NCBI GenBank assembly: GCA_943359395.1 | Contig: CALRHH010000001.1 | Span: 20,121-84,120, forward strand | Source of the DNA: Candidatus Nomurabacteria bacterium | Lineage (GTDB): Bacteria; Patescibacteriota; Minisyncoccia; Phycocordibacterales; UBA2100 | Direction: 5' to 3' | DNA length: 64,000 bases | Part shown: piece after piece, positions 18,983 to 29,349 of the stretch | How positions within the stretch are numbered: the first letter of the stretch is position 1 | Layout: each line of letters starts with the position of its first letter | Translations under genes and position numbers: made by a program | The notes under the pieces: generated by a model | What the model was told of the DNA's origin: nothing | The model's input: the letters and a program-made list of their open reading frames with translations, nothing else | Database searches by the model: none

Positions 18983-19189
18983 ATGACCGAACAAGAGGTT
19001 GTTAATGGAGTCGTCGATGAGGCGCTTCCCAACACTCTTTTTCAAGTGAAGATTGAAGGCGGTGAGCGAGTGCTCGCGTATCTCGCTGGAAAAATGCGTC
19101 TGCATAGAATCAAAGTGCTCGTTGGCGACAAAGTTGAAGTGCGGCTCGATCCTTACGGAGGGCGGGCACGCATCGTCAGACGAACCTAA
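18983..19189 (+). CDS. infA: translation initiation factor IF-1
   Basis: GVVDEALPNTLF, LAYLAGKMR, IKVLVGDKV. Confidence 0.95.
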   Translation: MTEQEVVNGVVDEALPNTLFQVKIEGGERVLAYLAGKMRLHRIKVLVGDKVEVRLDPYGGRARIVRRT

Positions 19190-19262
19190 CCAAGTTGAAG
19201 TAGAGTCGCGCACTCCGAAGTTCGGGGACGGGATTCTCGTTACGTTTTGAAAAATTATATAC

Positions 19263-19376
19263 ATGAAAGTAAAGTCCTCAGTAAAAAAAATCTGCACACA
19301 CTGCCGCTCCGTGAAGCGTCGTGGGCGATTGTGGGTTATTTGCAAAAATCCAAGACATAAACAACGACAAGGATAA
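19263..19376 (+). CDS. rpmJ: 50S ribosomal protein L36 (zinc-binding type; not in the ORF track)
   Basis: Manual translation [37 protein letters not shown]. Confidence 0.96.
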   Translation: MKVKSSVKKICTHCRSVKRRGRLWVICKNPRHKQRQG

Positions 19377-19378
19377 TT

Positions 19379-19759
19379 ATGCGTATAGCTGGAATCACCA
19401 TACCCGAAGAAAAGCGCCTTGAGATAGGCCTCACCGCCATCTATGGCGTCGGTCGCCCTCGAGCGCTTTCCACGCTCGCGGCTCTCAAAATCGACGCGGG
19501 GAAAAAGCCCAAGGATGTATCGGAAAAGGAAGAGGCATCGCTCCGCGAAGCTATAGAGAAATTTGTAGTAGAAGGAGAGTTGCGTCGCGACATCAGCGCG
19601 AACATTCGTCGGCTCAAAGATATCAAATCCTACAGGGGAAGCCGCCACGCAAAGCATCTACCGGGAAGAGGCCAACGTTCAAAAACCAATTCACGCACAG
19701 TCCGTGGCAACGTTAGGAAGACGATGACCTCGGGCCGTCGCAAGTTGGAGAAAACATAA
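19379..19759 (+). CDS. rpsM: 30S ribosomal protein S13
   Basis: MRIAG, LTAIYGVG, YRGSRH...LPGRGQRSKTNSRT. Confidence 0.97.
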   Translation: MRIAGITIPEEKRLEIGLTAIYGVGRPRALSTLAALKIDAGKKPKDVSEKEEASLREAIEKFVVEGELRRDISANIRRLKDIKSYRGSRHAKHLPGRGQRSKTNSRTVRGNVRKTMTSGRRKLEKT

Positions 19760-19784
19760 TCAAAAAATTTATTTTTGTACAAGT

Positions 19785-20219
19785 ATGGGAAAAAAACGAA
19801 TCATCAGAAAATCGGGCGGAAGCGTGGACCAAGGGCTCAAATCGCGCTCGCTCGCGCGTATTGCCAAGAAAAACATCCTTGCAGGGACTCTCCATATTCA
19901 TGCGACGTACAACAATACAAAGGTGCTTCTTACGGACAAGAGTGGCAACGCGGTAGCATGGTCGTCATCTGGAGCACTCGGCTTTTCTGGCGCAAAGAAG
20001 GGTACCCCATTCGCAGCGGCAAAAGTCGGTGAGCTTGTCGGCGACAAAGCAGCCATTATCGGTGTCAAAGAAGTCGACGTGGTCATCCGAGGAGTGGGCG
20101 CTGGTCGTGAATCTGCGCTTCGCGGGTTTGCGGGGAAGGGAATTGATGTCACGCGTATTGCCGACGATACCCCCGTACCACATAACGGTCCTCGACCACC
20201 AAAACCCCGCCGCGTATAA
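19785..20219 (+). CDS. rpsK: 30S ribosomal protein S11
   Basis: ATYNNT, KKGTPFAA, DDTPVPHNGPRPPKPRRV. Confidence 0.97.
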   Translation: MGKKRIIRKSGGSVDQGLKSRSLARIAKKNILAGTLHIHATYNNTKVLLTDKSGNAVAWSSSGALGFSGAKKGTPFAAAKVGELVGDKAAIIGVKEVDVVIRGVGAGRESALRGFAGKGIDVTRIADDTPVPHNGPRPPKPRRV

Positions 20220-20229
20220 ACATATTCAT

Positions 20230-20850
20230 ATGCTATTGGTAAAATCAAAATTTAAAATTGCGAAAAGGCTCGGTGCTGCCATTTTCGAAAAGACGCAGTC
20301 TCAGAAATTTGCGCTGTCAGAGGCGCGTTCCGCAGGCAACAAGAAGCATTCTCGCGGCGGTCGCGGAGGAAGCGATTACGGACGCCAACTTTTGGAGAAG
20401 CAGCGAGTACGCTTCACCTACGGGATTTCAGAAAGACAGCTCTCCAACTACGCAGGAGCTGCATACGAAGAAGCTGACCCTTCGACAGCTCTGCACAAGT
20501 CACTCGAAATGCGCGCCGATAGTGCGGTCTATCGCGCGGGACTTTTGCCTACGCGCCGTGCCGCTCGCCAGGCCGTCTCTCACGGTCACATCACGATAAA
20601 CGGCAAGCGCACGACCGTCCCTTCCTACCGCGTAAAGAAGGGGGATGTGCTTGGCATCCGCGAGGGTAGCCGGCAGAGCCCTCTTTTTGCCGGTCTTCTC
20701 GAGAATAAGGCAGAAAATACCCGCACCGTTCCCGCATGGCTCGCCGTGGATCTCAGCCTCCTTAAAGCGGAGGTAGTGGGAGAGCCCGCGTACAACACGG
20801 TTGAAACGGGGCTCGATTATCCAACGCTGTTTGAGTTCTACAGCAGATAA
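20230..20850 (+). CDS. rpsD: 30S ribosomal protein S4
   Basis: SDYGRQLLEKQ, ARQAVSHGHI, EFYSR; start at ATG 20230. Confidence 0.96.
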   Translation: MLLVKSKFKIAKRLGAAIFEKTQSQKFALSEARSAGNKKHSRGGRGGSDYGRQLLEKQRVRFTYGISERQLSNYAGAAYEEADPSTALHKSLEMRADSAVYRAGLLPTRRAARQAVSHGHITINGKRTTVPSYRVKKGDVLGIREGSRQSPLFAGLLENKAENTRTVPAWLAVDLSLLKAEVVGEPAYNTVETGLDYPTLFEFYSR

Positions 20851-20932
20851 TGGTATACTGTTGCCCACTTTTGCGTCCGCAGGGATTTTTTATTTATTAG
20901 AAGCTATTAGATAAACGCCAACAGCTATTTAT

Positions 20933-21910
20933 ATGTCGGATTACCACATCGCACTCCCAAGCAAACCACGCGTCGTCTCTGAGTCAGAGCGAAGCGGTAC
21001 GTATGAAATTGACGGGCTTTACCCGGGTTATGGCTATACCTTGGGCAACTCGTTACGTCGTATAATCCTTTCCTCCTTACCGGGGGCGGCCGTCACGCAC
21101 GTTAAGCTCCCCGGAGTCGCCCATGAGTTCTCTACGATTGAAGGTGTCAAAGAAGATGTGGTGACTCTCCTCCTCAACGTCCGCAAGATTCGCCTCAAAC
21201 TCCTCACCGACGAGCCTCAAACAATTAGTCTTTCGGTAAAGGGTCCGAAGGAGGTAACCGCCGCGGACCTCAAGCTTCCCGGCCAAGTCGAAATACTGAA
21301 TCCCGAACAACACATTGCGGGTATTTCAGGGAAAGTGAATCTTGAAATTGAGCTACGTGCAGAGCGGGGGCTCGGCTACATTGCAAAGGAAATGCACCAG
21401 AAGGAACGTGTCGAGATAGGTACGATTGCCCTCGATGCAATATTTTCTCCGATACGCCGCGTCAATTACGAAGTCGAGAACATGCGCGTAGGTGACCGTA
21501 CAGACTTCAACCGCCTGAGAATCGTTATTGAGACTGACGGCACACTTGCACCTCGGGAGGCACTCGAGCGCTCCATAGAAACTATGATTCATCAACTTAA
21601 AGCCGTCGTTGGCTTCAAAGAAGATGAAGTCCCTGAAGCATTGATGGGTGCGCCCGAGGGCGGCAGCGGTGTACGGGAAGACAGGGGTGGGACACTCGAC
21701 GCCGAAGTATTGAAAACGCGTATTACAGAATTGAGCATGCCTCAGCGCGTTGAAATGGCGCTTGATAATGCGTCTATCCGAACCGTCGGCGGCTTGGTTC
21801 GCAAACGAGAAGACGACCTCCTTGCTATTGAAGGTCTCGGCCAGAAGGGCTTGCAGGATATTAAGCGCGCACTTTCCAACATGGGCCTCACTCTCCGCAA
21901 CGACAAATAA
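20933..21910 (+). CDS. rpoA: RNA polymerase alpha subunit
   Basis: GYGYTLGNSLRRI, HEFSTIEGVKED, DAIFSPIRRV, alpha-CTD. Confidence 0.97.
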   Translation: MSDYHIALPSKPRVVSESERSGTYEIDGLYPGYGYTLGNSLRRIILSSLPGAAVTHVKLPGVAHEFSTIEGVKEDVVTLLLNVRKIRLKLLTDEPQTISLSVKGPKEVTAADLKLPGQVEILNPEQHIAGISGKVNLEIELRAERGLGYIAKEMHQKERVEIGTIALDAIFSPIRRVNYEVENMRVGDRTDFNRLRIVIETDGTLAPREALERSIETMIHQLKAVVGFKEDEVPEALMGAPEGGSGVREDRGGTLDAEVLKTRITELSMPQRVEMALDNASIRTVGGLVRKREDDLLAIEGLGQKGLQDIKRALSNMGLTLRNDK

Positions 21911-21918
21911 GACTGTAT

Positions 21919-22275
21919 ATGAGGCATCATCAAAAAAAGAGGAAATTGGGACGCGAGAAGGGCCAACGCACGGCACTTTTGCGTAGCCTCGCCCGCTCGC
22001 TGGTTCTCCAAGAGGGCATCACCACAACCGTTGCGAAGGCCAAAGAACTCCGCCCATTCATCGAGCGCATGGTCTCGATGAGCAAAAAGAATACTCTTGC
22101 TTCGCGCCGCATCATTGATACCCGAATGGGAGGCTCAAGCGAAGTCGTAAAGAAGCTGCATGAAGTGTACGGACCTCGATACGCCAAGCGCGCCGGCGGC
22201 TACACCCGCATCGTCCTTCTTGGTCGAGTCGGGAAACGCGTCCTCGAAGCCGCTCGAATTGAATTTGTAAAATAA
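21919..22275 (+). CDS. rplQ: 50S ribosomal protein L17
   Basis: MRH..KKRKLGR, TTVAKAKELRP, GGYTRI. Confidence 0.97.
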   Translation: MRHHQKKRKLGREKGQRTALLRSLARSLVLQEGITTTVAKAKELRPFIERMVSMSKKNTLASRRIIDTRMGGSSEVVKKLHEVYGPRYAKRAGGYTRIVLLGRVGKRVLEAARIEFVK

Positions 22276-22276
22276 T

Positions 22277-22633
22277 ATGGAAGATAAAAAGACATACGAA
22301 ATAGACGCTGCGGGGAGGACTCTCGGACGAGTCGCTTCCGAGGCGGCAAAAGCTCTCATGGGTAAAATGCGCGCTGATTACACCCCAAACGTAAATTCAA
22401 ATATCAAGGTCACCGTCGCAAACGCGAGCAAACTCTATATCCGCGAACGTAAGCGATCGCGAACCATCTACACGACCTACTCGGGGTACCCAGGCGGTCT
22501 CAAGAAGGAGAGCCTTGCTTCACTTTCGGCGCGCAAGGGGAACGCTGAAATTGTCCGCCGGGCAGTCTCTCGAATGCTTCCACGCAACACCATGCACACA
22601 CCCCGTTTGAAGAATTTATCCGTTACAGAATAG
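22277..22633 (+). CDS. rplM: 50S ribosomal protein L13 (short)
   Basis: IDAAGRTLGRVAS, YSGYPGGLK, AVSRMLPRN. Confidence 0.95.
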   Translation: MEDKKTYEIDAAGRTLGRVASEAAKALMGKMRADYTPNVNSNIKVTVANASKLYIRERKRSRTIYTTYSGYPGGLKKESLASLSARKGNAEIVRRAVSRMLPRNTMHTPRLKNLSVTE

Positions 22634-22654
22634 TTCGACAAGCTCACTATACAT

Positions 22655-23050
22655 ATGGCAAAAGAGACACGGTACACAGAAGCAGTAGGACGACGCAAGA
22701 CCGCGACGGCACGCGTGCGTCTCACCGAAGCGAAGACCTCTTCCATGCTGGTCAACGGTAAAATGGCTGACGAATATTTTCCACTCGACGTCATGGTTAA
22801 GATGGCCTTTTCTCCGCTCGTCCTCATGGGGGCAACATACGCGGTTTCCGCGCATGTGCGGGGCGGAGGACTCAAGGCGCAGGCTGAGGCGGTTCGATTG
22901 GGGATTTCGCGCGCCATGATTGAAATCACTCCCGAGCAGCGCAAGGATCTCAAGATCCGCGGTTTCCTCAAGCGCGACCCACGAGCAAAGGAACGCAAGA
23001 AGTTCGGCCTCAAAGCGGCACGCCGTGCGCCGCAATGGAGCAAACGCTAA
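22655..23050 (+). CDS. rpsI: 30S ribosomal protein S9
   Basis: GRRKTATARV, GGG..AQAEA, RDPRAKERKKFG..ARRAPQWSKR. Confidence 0.97.
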   Translation: MAKETRYTEAVGRRKTATARVRLTEAKTSSMLVNGKMADEYFPLDVMVKMAFSPLVLMGATYAVSAHVRGGGLKAQAEAVRLGISRAMIEITPEQRKDLKIRGFLKRDPRAKERKKFGLKAARRAPQWSKR

Positions 23051-23061
23051 ATTACAAAAGC

Positions 23062-23093
23062 AACGGCCGGTCCCACATTGGACCGGCCGTTTT
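23062..23093. terminator. intrinsic terminator after rpsI
   Basis: AACGGCCGGTCC-CACATT-GGACCGGCCGTT-TT between convergent genes. Confidence 0.85.
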
Positions 23094-23113
23094 CGTTAAC
23101 AATTCTCACATCG

Positions 23114-23980
23114 TTAGGGCTTGATGCCGAGGCGCGTAAGCTCCGGCAGGAAGTCTGCGTAATCCCTTTCGTGCAGGCGACGCAACTCGTTGCCACCCTT
23201 CCACACGACGAAGAAGCCAGCATTTTCGAGTTTCTTCTTTGATTTTTCCGCTGCTATACGGAACATTTCGGATAGCCGATGGATTTCTTCTACTGACGTC
23301 TTCGCCGGAGCAAAGACTCCCATCCAACCTTCAACCGCGATAGACTCGCCCGTCTTGGCAATCACGCGCAATCTGTTGTCACCCTTGTACCCGATGTAGT
23401 CGGGATAGGGCACGATGGCAAGCGCCACATGACCACCCAGTACTGTCAGAATTGCGTCTGCAGAACTGAGATAGGGGACGTGTAGGATCGGGACGTTATG
23501 GTCGCGGAAAAGTTTCTCCCCAAGAAGGTGAGACATCCCTCCCGCTCCCGAAGTTGCGACGCTTTGAAGCGACCGATTTTGCTTGGCGGCTTTAAAGTAC
23601 CCCGCGAGGGTGGCCGAGACATCTTTGCCCGTCACAACGAAATAGTCATACGTTGCGATAAGTGCCACGGGGATAAGTTCGTCACTCGGCGGAACACTCA
23701 AAGATGAGGCGGACGACATGAACAGAAGGGTTCGACCGTCAGGTTTCTGACGCTTTACCCATTCGGCCGCAATTAGCCCGGTCGCTCCGGGACGATTTTC
23801 AACAATCACCCGGTGCGCGGTCGTTTCTTCGATTGCTTGCGCGATGATGCGAGCAGAGGTGGAGGACGTCCCTCCTGCCTTAAAACCCACCACCAACGAA
23901 ATGGTAACGCCATTTTGAGCGGAGGCACTGACGCACTGAAGACTCAATGCGGCAATGAAAGCGAGTCGCAGAATCTTCAT
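23114..23980 (-). CDS. tripartite tricarboxylate transporter substrate-binding protein (Bug/TctC)
   Basis: Signal peptide; LVVGFKAGG, VIVENRPGATG, PDGRTLL, HVPY, W.GVFAPAKT. Confidence 0.88.
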   Translation of the reverse strand: MKILRLAFIAALSLQCVSASAQNGVTISLVVGFKAGGTSSTSARIIAQAIEETTAHRVIVENRPGATGLIAAEWVKRQKPDGRTLLFMSSASSLSVPPSDELIPVALIATYDYFVVTGKDVSATLAGYFKAAKQNRSLQSVATSGAGGMSHLLGEKLFRDHNVPILHVPYLSSADAILTVLGGHVALAIVPYPDYIGYKGDNRLRVIAKTGESIAVEGWMGVFAPAKTSVEEIHRLSEMFRIAAEKSKKKLENAGFFVVWKGGNELRRLHERDYADFLPELTRLGIKP

Positions 23981-24191
23981 CGTTGTATCCTCGCATTATG
24001 GACGCATACTGCATGCGTCTTCTTGCCCCACTATTCCATACAGAGGTAGCGTGTCAATTCTGTTAAGTCCGAGCGCGGGGGGATTCTCTGTCCAAAACAA
24101 GAACTTGCTTCCATTCTATTTTGATGTTATAATTTCAACAGGTGAGGCGTTGGATAGAGTTCAAACAGGGCCTAAACGTGTGGAGCACACA

Positions 24192-24479
24192 ATGAACCGT
24201 TCAACAGTACTTCGTTCTCTCGCAATCGTCACCATTCTGTCTCTCGGCGTCGTTGCCGTGATGTGCAGTAGAAAGTCTCCCCCTCGTGAGTTCCTGTTTG
24301 AAAAAACAGCGAATCTCATCACTGCCTATCCGATCGATGGCGGTTACGTGAGCGAAAACGAAAATGAAATCGCGCGCTCACAGTGGAGTGAGAAATTCGG
24401 GGCTTTCGGTCAGCCCGGACGATTCACGAGAATCACACGGGATGGTCGCGGACTTGCGTTCGCGATTCATCAAGACTGA
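24192..24479 (+). CDS. small hypothetical protein with signal/lipoprotein-like N-terminus
   Basis: ATG 24192 preceded by GGAG and an upstream TATAAT; hydrophobic helix followed by Cys; followed by a terminator. Confidence 0.55.
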   Translation: MNRSTVLRSLAIVTILSLGVVAVMCSRKSPPREFLFEKTANLITAYPIDGGYVSENENEIARSQWSEKFGAFGQPGRFTRITRDGRGLAFAIHQD

Positions 24480-24494
24480 GGAAGAATCCTCACG

Positions 24495-24531
24495 GCGGCC
24501 GACTAGGAACACCTAGCGGTCGCTTTGATTT
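24495..24531 (+). terminator. intrinsic terminator
   Basis: GCGGCCG-A-CTAGG-AACA-CCTAG-CGGTCGC followed by a T-rich tract. Confidence 0.6.
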
Positions 24532-24596
24532 TGTAAAACCTCACGGAACTCCGCCTTCTTCTTTTGGGCAACGATATTTGCTATACTGCGCCTCCT

Positions 24597-25139
24597 ATGA
24601 GCGACTCGCCCGCAGACGAAGAAATCAATTTTGAACCCGATGAGGAGCTCGGTGAGATCGCATCCGCAGGTGTAAAAGTACAGAAACTCAAAGACGAACT
24701 TGCAAAAGTCAAAGTACAGCGGCAAGAATACCTTGACGGATGGCAACGCTGCAAGGCAGATAGCGTGAATTCCCGAAAAGAAACGCTTGCACAAGCAGAG
24801 AGACTCGGGGAGCGGGCGAAAGAAGGCTTTATTGAGGACATCATTCCGGCTCTTGATGGTTTCGATATGGCTGCTTCATCGCCTGCCTGGCAAAGCATTG
24901 ATGTGGGGTGGCGAAGCGGTATAGAGCAGATACGCGGGCAGCTTCTCGACACGCTTCAACGTCACGGTGTCGTACGTTTCGGTGAAGTTGGCGAACCCGT
25001 CGACCACTCCACGCACGAAACGGTAGGGGAATCCGACGAAATCTCTGGGAAACCCGGCACAGTCGCCAAAATTATCAGATACGGGTACAGAATGAACGGC
25101 AAAGTACTTCGACCGGCGCACGTCGTCGTAAAAAAGTAG
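24597..25139 (+). CDS. grpE: nucleotide exchange factor GrpE
   Basis: YLDGWQR.KAD..N, IIPALD.F, GY...GKVLRPAHV; position before dnaK. Confidence 0.93.
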   Translation: MSDSPADEEINFEPDEELGEIASAGVKVQKLKDELAKVKVQRQEYLDGWQRCKADSVNSRKETLAQAERLGERAKEGFIEDIIPALDGFDMAASSPAWQSIDVGWRSGIEQIRGQLLDTLQRHGVVRFGEVGEPVDHSTHETVGESDEISGKPGTVAKIIRYGYRMNGKVLRPAHVVVKK

Positions 25140-25149
25140 CCCGGAGAAT

Positions 25150-25178
25150 TTGACAAAACCTCATTAGAGGTGTATACA
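25150..25178 (+). promoter_or_regulatory. sigma70-like promoter of dnaK
   Basis: TTGACA-17 nt-TATACA. Confidence 0.6.
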
Positions 25179-25221
25179 AATACCTTCAAGGACATTCAAT
25201 TATCAATTCACCACACATACT

Positions 25222-27093
25222 ATGTCAAAGATATTAGGAATAGACCTCGGTACTACGAACTCAGCGATTGCCATCGTAAGAGGAGGCGAACCGGAGATAA
25301 TCGAAAATGCAGAAGGAGGCCGCACGACGCCTTCTGTCGTCGCGATGTCAAAAACAGGCGAGCGTCTGGTGGGCCTGTTGGCCAAACGTCAAAGTGTCAC
25401 CAATCCGAAGAATACGATATATCAGATAAAGCGCTTCATTGGGCACAATTTCGATGAGCCTGCTGTTATCGCAGACCGTACAGCAGTCTCGTTTGAAACG
25501 CAGAAATCCTCGAACGGCGGTATTGAAATCAAAATGGCAGACAAGTGGTATCGCCCGGAGGAGCTGTCGGCGATGATTTTGCAGAAATTGAAGCAGGATG
25601 CGGAGACTCGCCTTGGGGAAACCATTACCGAAGCAGTTATTACGGTGCCCGCATACTTCAACGATTCTCAACGGCAGGCGACCAAGGATGCCGGCAAAAT
25701 TGCGGGATTGGATGTAAAACGCATCATCAACGAACCCACAGCAGCGGCGCTCGCCTATGGGTTCAATAAAAAGAAGAACGAAAAGATTGTCGTGTTCGAT
25801 TTCGGCGGCGGGACATTCGATATTTCAGTCCTCGAGGTAGGGGACGACGTCATCGAAGTCCGTTCGACCGACGGCGATGCACATTTGGGCGGCAAGGACA
25901 TCGACCAGAAAATAATGGGGTGGATTGCGGACGAATTCAAGAAGGATTCAGGAATCGACGTACGCAACGACGCGCTTGCGCGTCAACGCCTCGATGAAGC
26001 GGCGGAGAAGGCAAAAATCGAGCTCTCGACCGCGCTTGAAACTGAAATAAACATCCCATTCATTACGTCGACGGATGCGGGTCCGCAGCACCTACTCATC
26101 AAAATGACACGCGGGAAGCTCGAGGAACTTTCACGAGAGTATCTTGACCGCGCAATGACAATCACGAAGCGTGCAGTTGAAGCATCTCCGTTCAAAGTGA
26201 ATGATATCAACGAAGTAGTCCTCGTCGGCGGTCAGACGCGTATGCCTGCGATGCAGAAAGCCGTCGAAGATTTCTTTGGCAAAAAGCCGAATCTCAGCGT
26301 GAATCCTGACGAAGTTGTCGCCATCGGAGCAGCCATTCAGGGCGGCATATTGCAGGGTGATGTGAAAGACGTCCTTCTGCTCGATGTGATTCCGCTCTCG
26401 CTCGGCATCGAAACGATGGGCGGCGTTGCGACCAAGCTCATCGAGCGCAACACAACGATTCCGACATCGCGCTCGCAAACGTTTTCGACGGCTTCCGACA
26501 ATCAACCGTCGGTCGAAATACACGTGGTGCAAGGTGAACGCCCGATGGCGGGAGATAACAAATCACTCGGCCGCTTTAATCTCGACGGTATTCCGCCGGC
26601 TCCGCGCGGCGTACCACAAGTAGAGGTATCCTTCGATATCGATGCCAACGGCATTCTCTCGGTAAAAGCGAAAGACAAATCTACCAACAAGGAACAATCC
26701 ATTCGTATCGAGGCGGCGTCAGGTCTCTCCGATGCAGAAGTCGAGAAAATGCGTAAAGACGCCGAGATTAATGCCGATGCAGACGCGAAAAGGCGCGAAC
26801 TTGTAGAGGCACAAAATGCCACCGACCAAGTCGTCTACGCAGCGGAGAAAGCGCTCAAAGAGCACGGAGACAAGGTGAGTGAGGAAATAAAAAAGAATGT
26901 GCAAGAGAAGATAGATGCAGCAAAGGCAGCACGCAACAGTGCTGACGTTACGGCTGTAAAATCTGCATCGGAAGCACTCTCGACTGCCATGAGCGCAATC
27001 GGGGAAGCGATGTCAAAAAATCAGCAGCAGACGCCGCCCCAGGAACCTCCGAAAGAGGACGAGAAGCCGTCTGAGGGGCCTGCAAAAGAATAA
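25222..27093 (+). CDS. dnaK: chaperone DnaK
   Basis: [32 protein letters not shown]. Confidence 0.98.
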   Translation: MSKILGIDLGTTNSAIAIVRGGEPEIIENAEGGRTTPSVVAMSKTGERLVGLLAKRQSVTNPKNTIYQIKRFIGHNFDEPAVIADRTAVSFETQKSSNGGIEIKMADKWYRPEELSAMILQKLKQDAETRLGETITEAVITVPAYFNDSQRQATKDAGKIAGLDVKRIINEPTAAALAYGFNKKKNEKIVVFDFGGGTFDISVLEVGDDVIEVRSTDGDAHLGGKDIDQKIMGWIADEFKKDSGIDVRNDALARQRLDEAAEKAKIELSTALETEINIPFITSTDAGPQHLLIKMTRGKLEELSREYLDRAMTITKRAVEASPFKVNDINEVVLVGGQTRMPAMQKAVEDFFGKKPNLSVNPDEVVAIGAAIQGGILQGDVKDVLLLDVIPLSLGIETMGGVATKLIERNTTIPTSRSQTFSTASDNQPSVEIHVVQGERPMAGDNKSLGRFNLDGIPPAPRGVPQVEVSFDIDANGILSVKAKDKSTNKEQSIRIEAASGLSDAEVEKMRKDAEINADADAKRRELVEAQNATDQVVYAAEKALKEHGDKVSEEIKKNVQEKIDAAKAARNSADVTAVKSASEALSTAMSAIGEAMSKNQQQTPPQEPPKEDEKPSEGPAKE

Positions 27094-27095
27094 AC

Positions 27096-27127
27096 GCAGA
27101 AGAGCCCTCCTAGGGAGCTCTTTTTGC
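27096..27127 (+). terminator. intrinsic terminator after dnaK
   Basis: AAGAGC-CCTCC-TAG-GGAGCTC-TTTTT hairpin. Confidence 0.7.
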
Positions 27128-27270
27128 ATTGCCATCCGTTTACGAGTAGTATGAAAAGCTTGTCGCGTTTATGATCGCGTAACAATAGACAGTACGCGAC
27201 ACGATTCTGCGGAATCGAATACGCGCGTGCGAATCAGTAGATTCAAAACTTCGTAATTTTACAAAATCAC

Positions 27271-28350
27271 ATGAAAAACTACTACGACATACTTGGAATT
27301 ACGAAGTCTGCAAGTGACGAGGACATTAAAAAAGCCTTCAGGAAACTTGCGCACAAATATCACCCGGACAAAAAAGGTGGTGACGAAGCGAAGTTCAAAG
27401 AAGTCAGCGAGGCGTACTCGGTCCTTTCCGACAAAAAGAAACGCGCCGAGTACGATACGTACGGCAAGGCATTCGCTGGGGGTGGTGGTCCGCAAGGAGG
27501 AGCAGCGGGCGGATTCGGCGGCTTTGATTTTTCAAATTTCCAAGGATTTAGCGGGCAGGGCGGCGGTGTGGAATTCGACCTCGGCGACATCTTTGGCGAC
27601 GTTTTCGGAGGCGGACAATCCCGTGCAAAGCGTGGCCGGGACATTTCAATAGATATCGAACTTTCTTTCCGTGAATCTATATTCGGAACCGAGCGCCGGG
27701 TACTTCTTTCTAAAACGAGTGGGTGCGATACGTGCGACGGTTCGGGCGCAAAGAAAGGTTCGAAACTCATTACCTGCTCAAGTTGCAACGGAAAAGGGGA
27801 TATCCGGGAATCCCGCAGCACATTCTTTGGGACATTCACCTCCGCACGCCCTTGCCCGCGCTGCCACGGGCGTGGACAGATACCTGAGACAGTTTGCGAA
27901 GCGTGCCGCGGCGAAGGTGTACGTAAGCGTCAGGAAGAAATCCACATTGTGGTACCCGCGGGTGTTGAAGATGGGGAGATGATACGTATGCCGGGCCGCG
28001 GCGAGGCGGTACAGGGCGGTGGAGCTGGCGACCTCTATGTGAAATTGCACATCAAGGCCGACGCCAAGTTCTCCCGGGAAGGTACTAACCTCCTCACATC
28101 GCTTCCAATAAAGCTCTCTGATGCTCTGCTAGGCGGCGAACACCACGTAACCACGCTCGACGGCGAAGAGGCGGTCAATGTCACTCCCGGTATCACACAC
28201 GGCGAAGTTATTCGCGTGCGGGGCAAGGGCGTACCACACGGACGAGGAGCCCGCGGTGACCTCTTGGTGCGTGTGGATATCCAGTTCCCCAAGAAACTTT
28301 CAAAGAGTTCGCGTGAATTAATCGAAAAGTTGCGAAAAGAGGGCTTGTAA
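27271..28350 (+). CDS. dnaJ: chaperone DnaJ
   Basis: J-domain HPD, G/F-rich region, four CxxCxGxG repeats. Confidence 0.97.
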   Translation: MKNYYDILGITKSASDEDIKKAFRKLAHKYHPDKKGGDEAKFKEVSEAYSVLSDKKKRAEYDTYGKAFAGGGGPQGGAAGGFGGFDFSNFQGFSGQGGGVEFDLGDIFGDVFGGGQSRAKRGRDISIDIELSFRESIFGTERRVLLSKTSGCDTCDGSGAKKGSKLITCSSCNGKGDIRESRSTFFGTFTSARPCPRCHGRGQIPETVCEACRGEGVRKRQEEIHIVVPAGVEDGEMIRMPGRGEAVQGGGAGDLYVKLHIKADAKFSREGTNLLTSLPIKLSDALLGGEHHVTTLDGEEAVNVTPGITHGEVIRVRGKGVPHGRGARGDLLVRVDIQFPKKLSKSSRELIEKLRKEGL

Positions 28351-28411
28351 CGTAAGACGGACTCACAGGTTCTGCTTGCCAACCAAGACAGTGCGGAGTA
28401 CCCTTAATCGC

Positions 28412-28828
28412 ATGATTGAGACTCGAGACTTACTTAGTCCTTTTTTCCGCGTGAGTTACATACCCCACTACTATGGGGACTATGTGCGTCAACTTTTTCT
28501 TGCCTCAGCGATACTCTCTGCAGTAGCAATTCCTATATGGGGCGACCTCATACCGTTTGGGACACTCTTTCAAATAACGTGTTCCGTTGTGCTTGTGGTG
28601 CTTGCAGGTCTCATGAATCCGCGCAGCAAGCTCCTCATGCTGAGCTGCATCATCTTTTCGACACTCGGAATACTAGTGCTTGAAAATGCCGCAATCTCTC
28701 TTTACTCTGTGCAGTCGTTTGCGCTATTCGTAGTGCGCGAGATAACGACTCTTTTGCTCGTCTTTGCCCTGTACTTCAGTGTAAAGACGTTCCGTGCGAT
28801 GTCTCTGGAAATCATAGGGAAGGTGTAA
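28412..28828 (+). CDS. hypothetical 4-TM membrane protein
   Basis: HYYGDYVRQLF motif followed by four hydrophobic segments. Confidence 0.7.
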   Translation: MIETRDLLSPFFRVSYIPHYYGDYVRQLFLASAILSAVAIPIWGDLIPFGTLFQITCSVVLVVLAGLMNPRSKLLMLSCIIFSTLGILVLENAAISLYSVQSFALFVVREITTLLLVFALYFSVKTFRAMSLEIIGKV

Positions 28829-28838
28829 GTCCTTTTAT

Positions 28839-29327
28839 ATGGATGTATCGTCCCTCTCCTTATTTTTTAGCCAATGGCCGACCGACTGGATACTTATCGG
28901 TGCTTTTGCCTCATTCGCCGCATTTGATGCAATGCGCTCGGGACCAGCGCGCGCAGCCGCTCTTGTTCTCAGTTTGCCCGCGGCGCTCCTTTTCATGGAA
29001 AAGTTACCTTCAGCATTGTTTCTCGGACCGCTAGCGGCGCAGTTTACAACTCCCCTTGACCAGCTCGCCACGTTTACCGCTCTCACCGCGGCACTCTATT
29101 TCGTTATACATAGGCTCATCTCCAAATATTCCAATGGGCTGGAGCCGATTCAGGCACTTCTCGCAGGACTCGCAGCCACTGCTGTACTCGTCGTCGTCTG
29201 GCTTCAAGTACCGAGCCTCGATGTCGTATGGGTTTTCGGCGACCAAGTACAAGCAGCCTTTGGTGCTGGATACCGTTTTTGGTGGCTCGTAGGTTCCTTC
29301 ATTGCCCTCGCCTCGGTCCGCAGTTGA
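28839..29327 (+). CDS. hypothetical membrane protein
   Basis: Multiple TM segments; 10 nt after the previous stop. Confidence 0.7.
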   Translation: MDVSSLSLFFSQWPTDWILIGAFASFAAFDAMRSGPARAAALVLSLPAALLFMEKLPSALFLGPLAAQFTTPLDQLATFTALTAALYFVIHRLISKYSNGLEPIQALLAGLAATAVLVVVWLQVPSLDVVWVFGDQVQAAFGAGYRFWWLVGSFIALASVRS

Positions 29328-29349
29328 GTCCCCGAGGTATACTTTAAGA

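Noticed and set aside
24530-25221. CIRCE/HrcA operator at grpE-dnaK
   Set aside because: No TTAGCACTC-N9-GAGTGCTAA match seen
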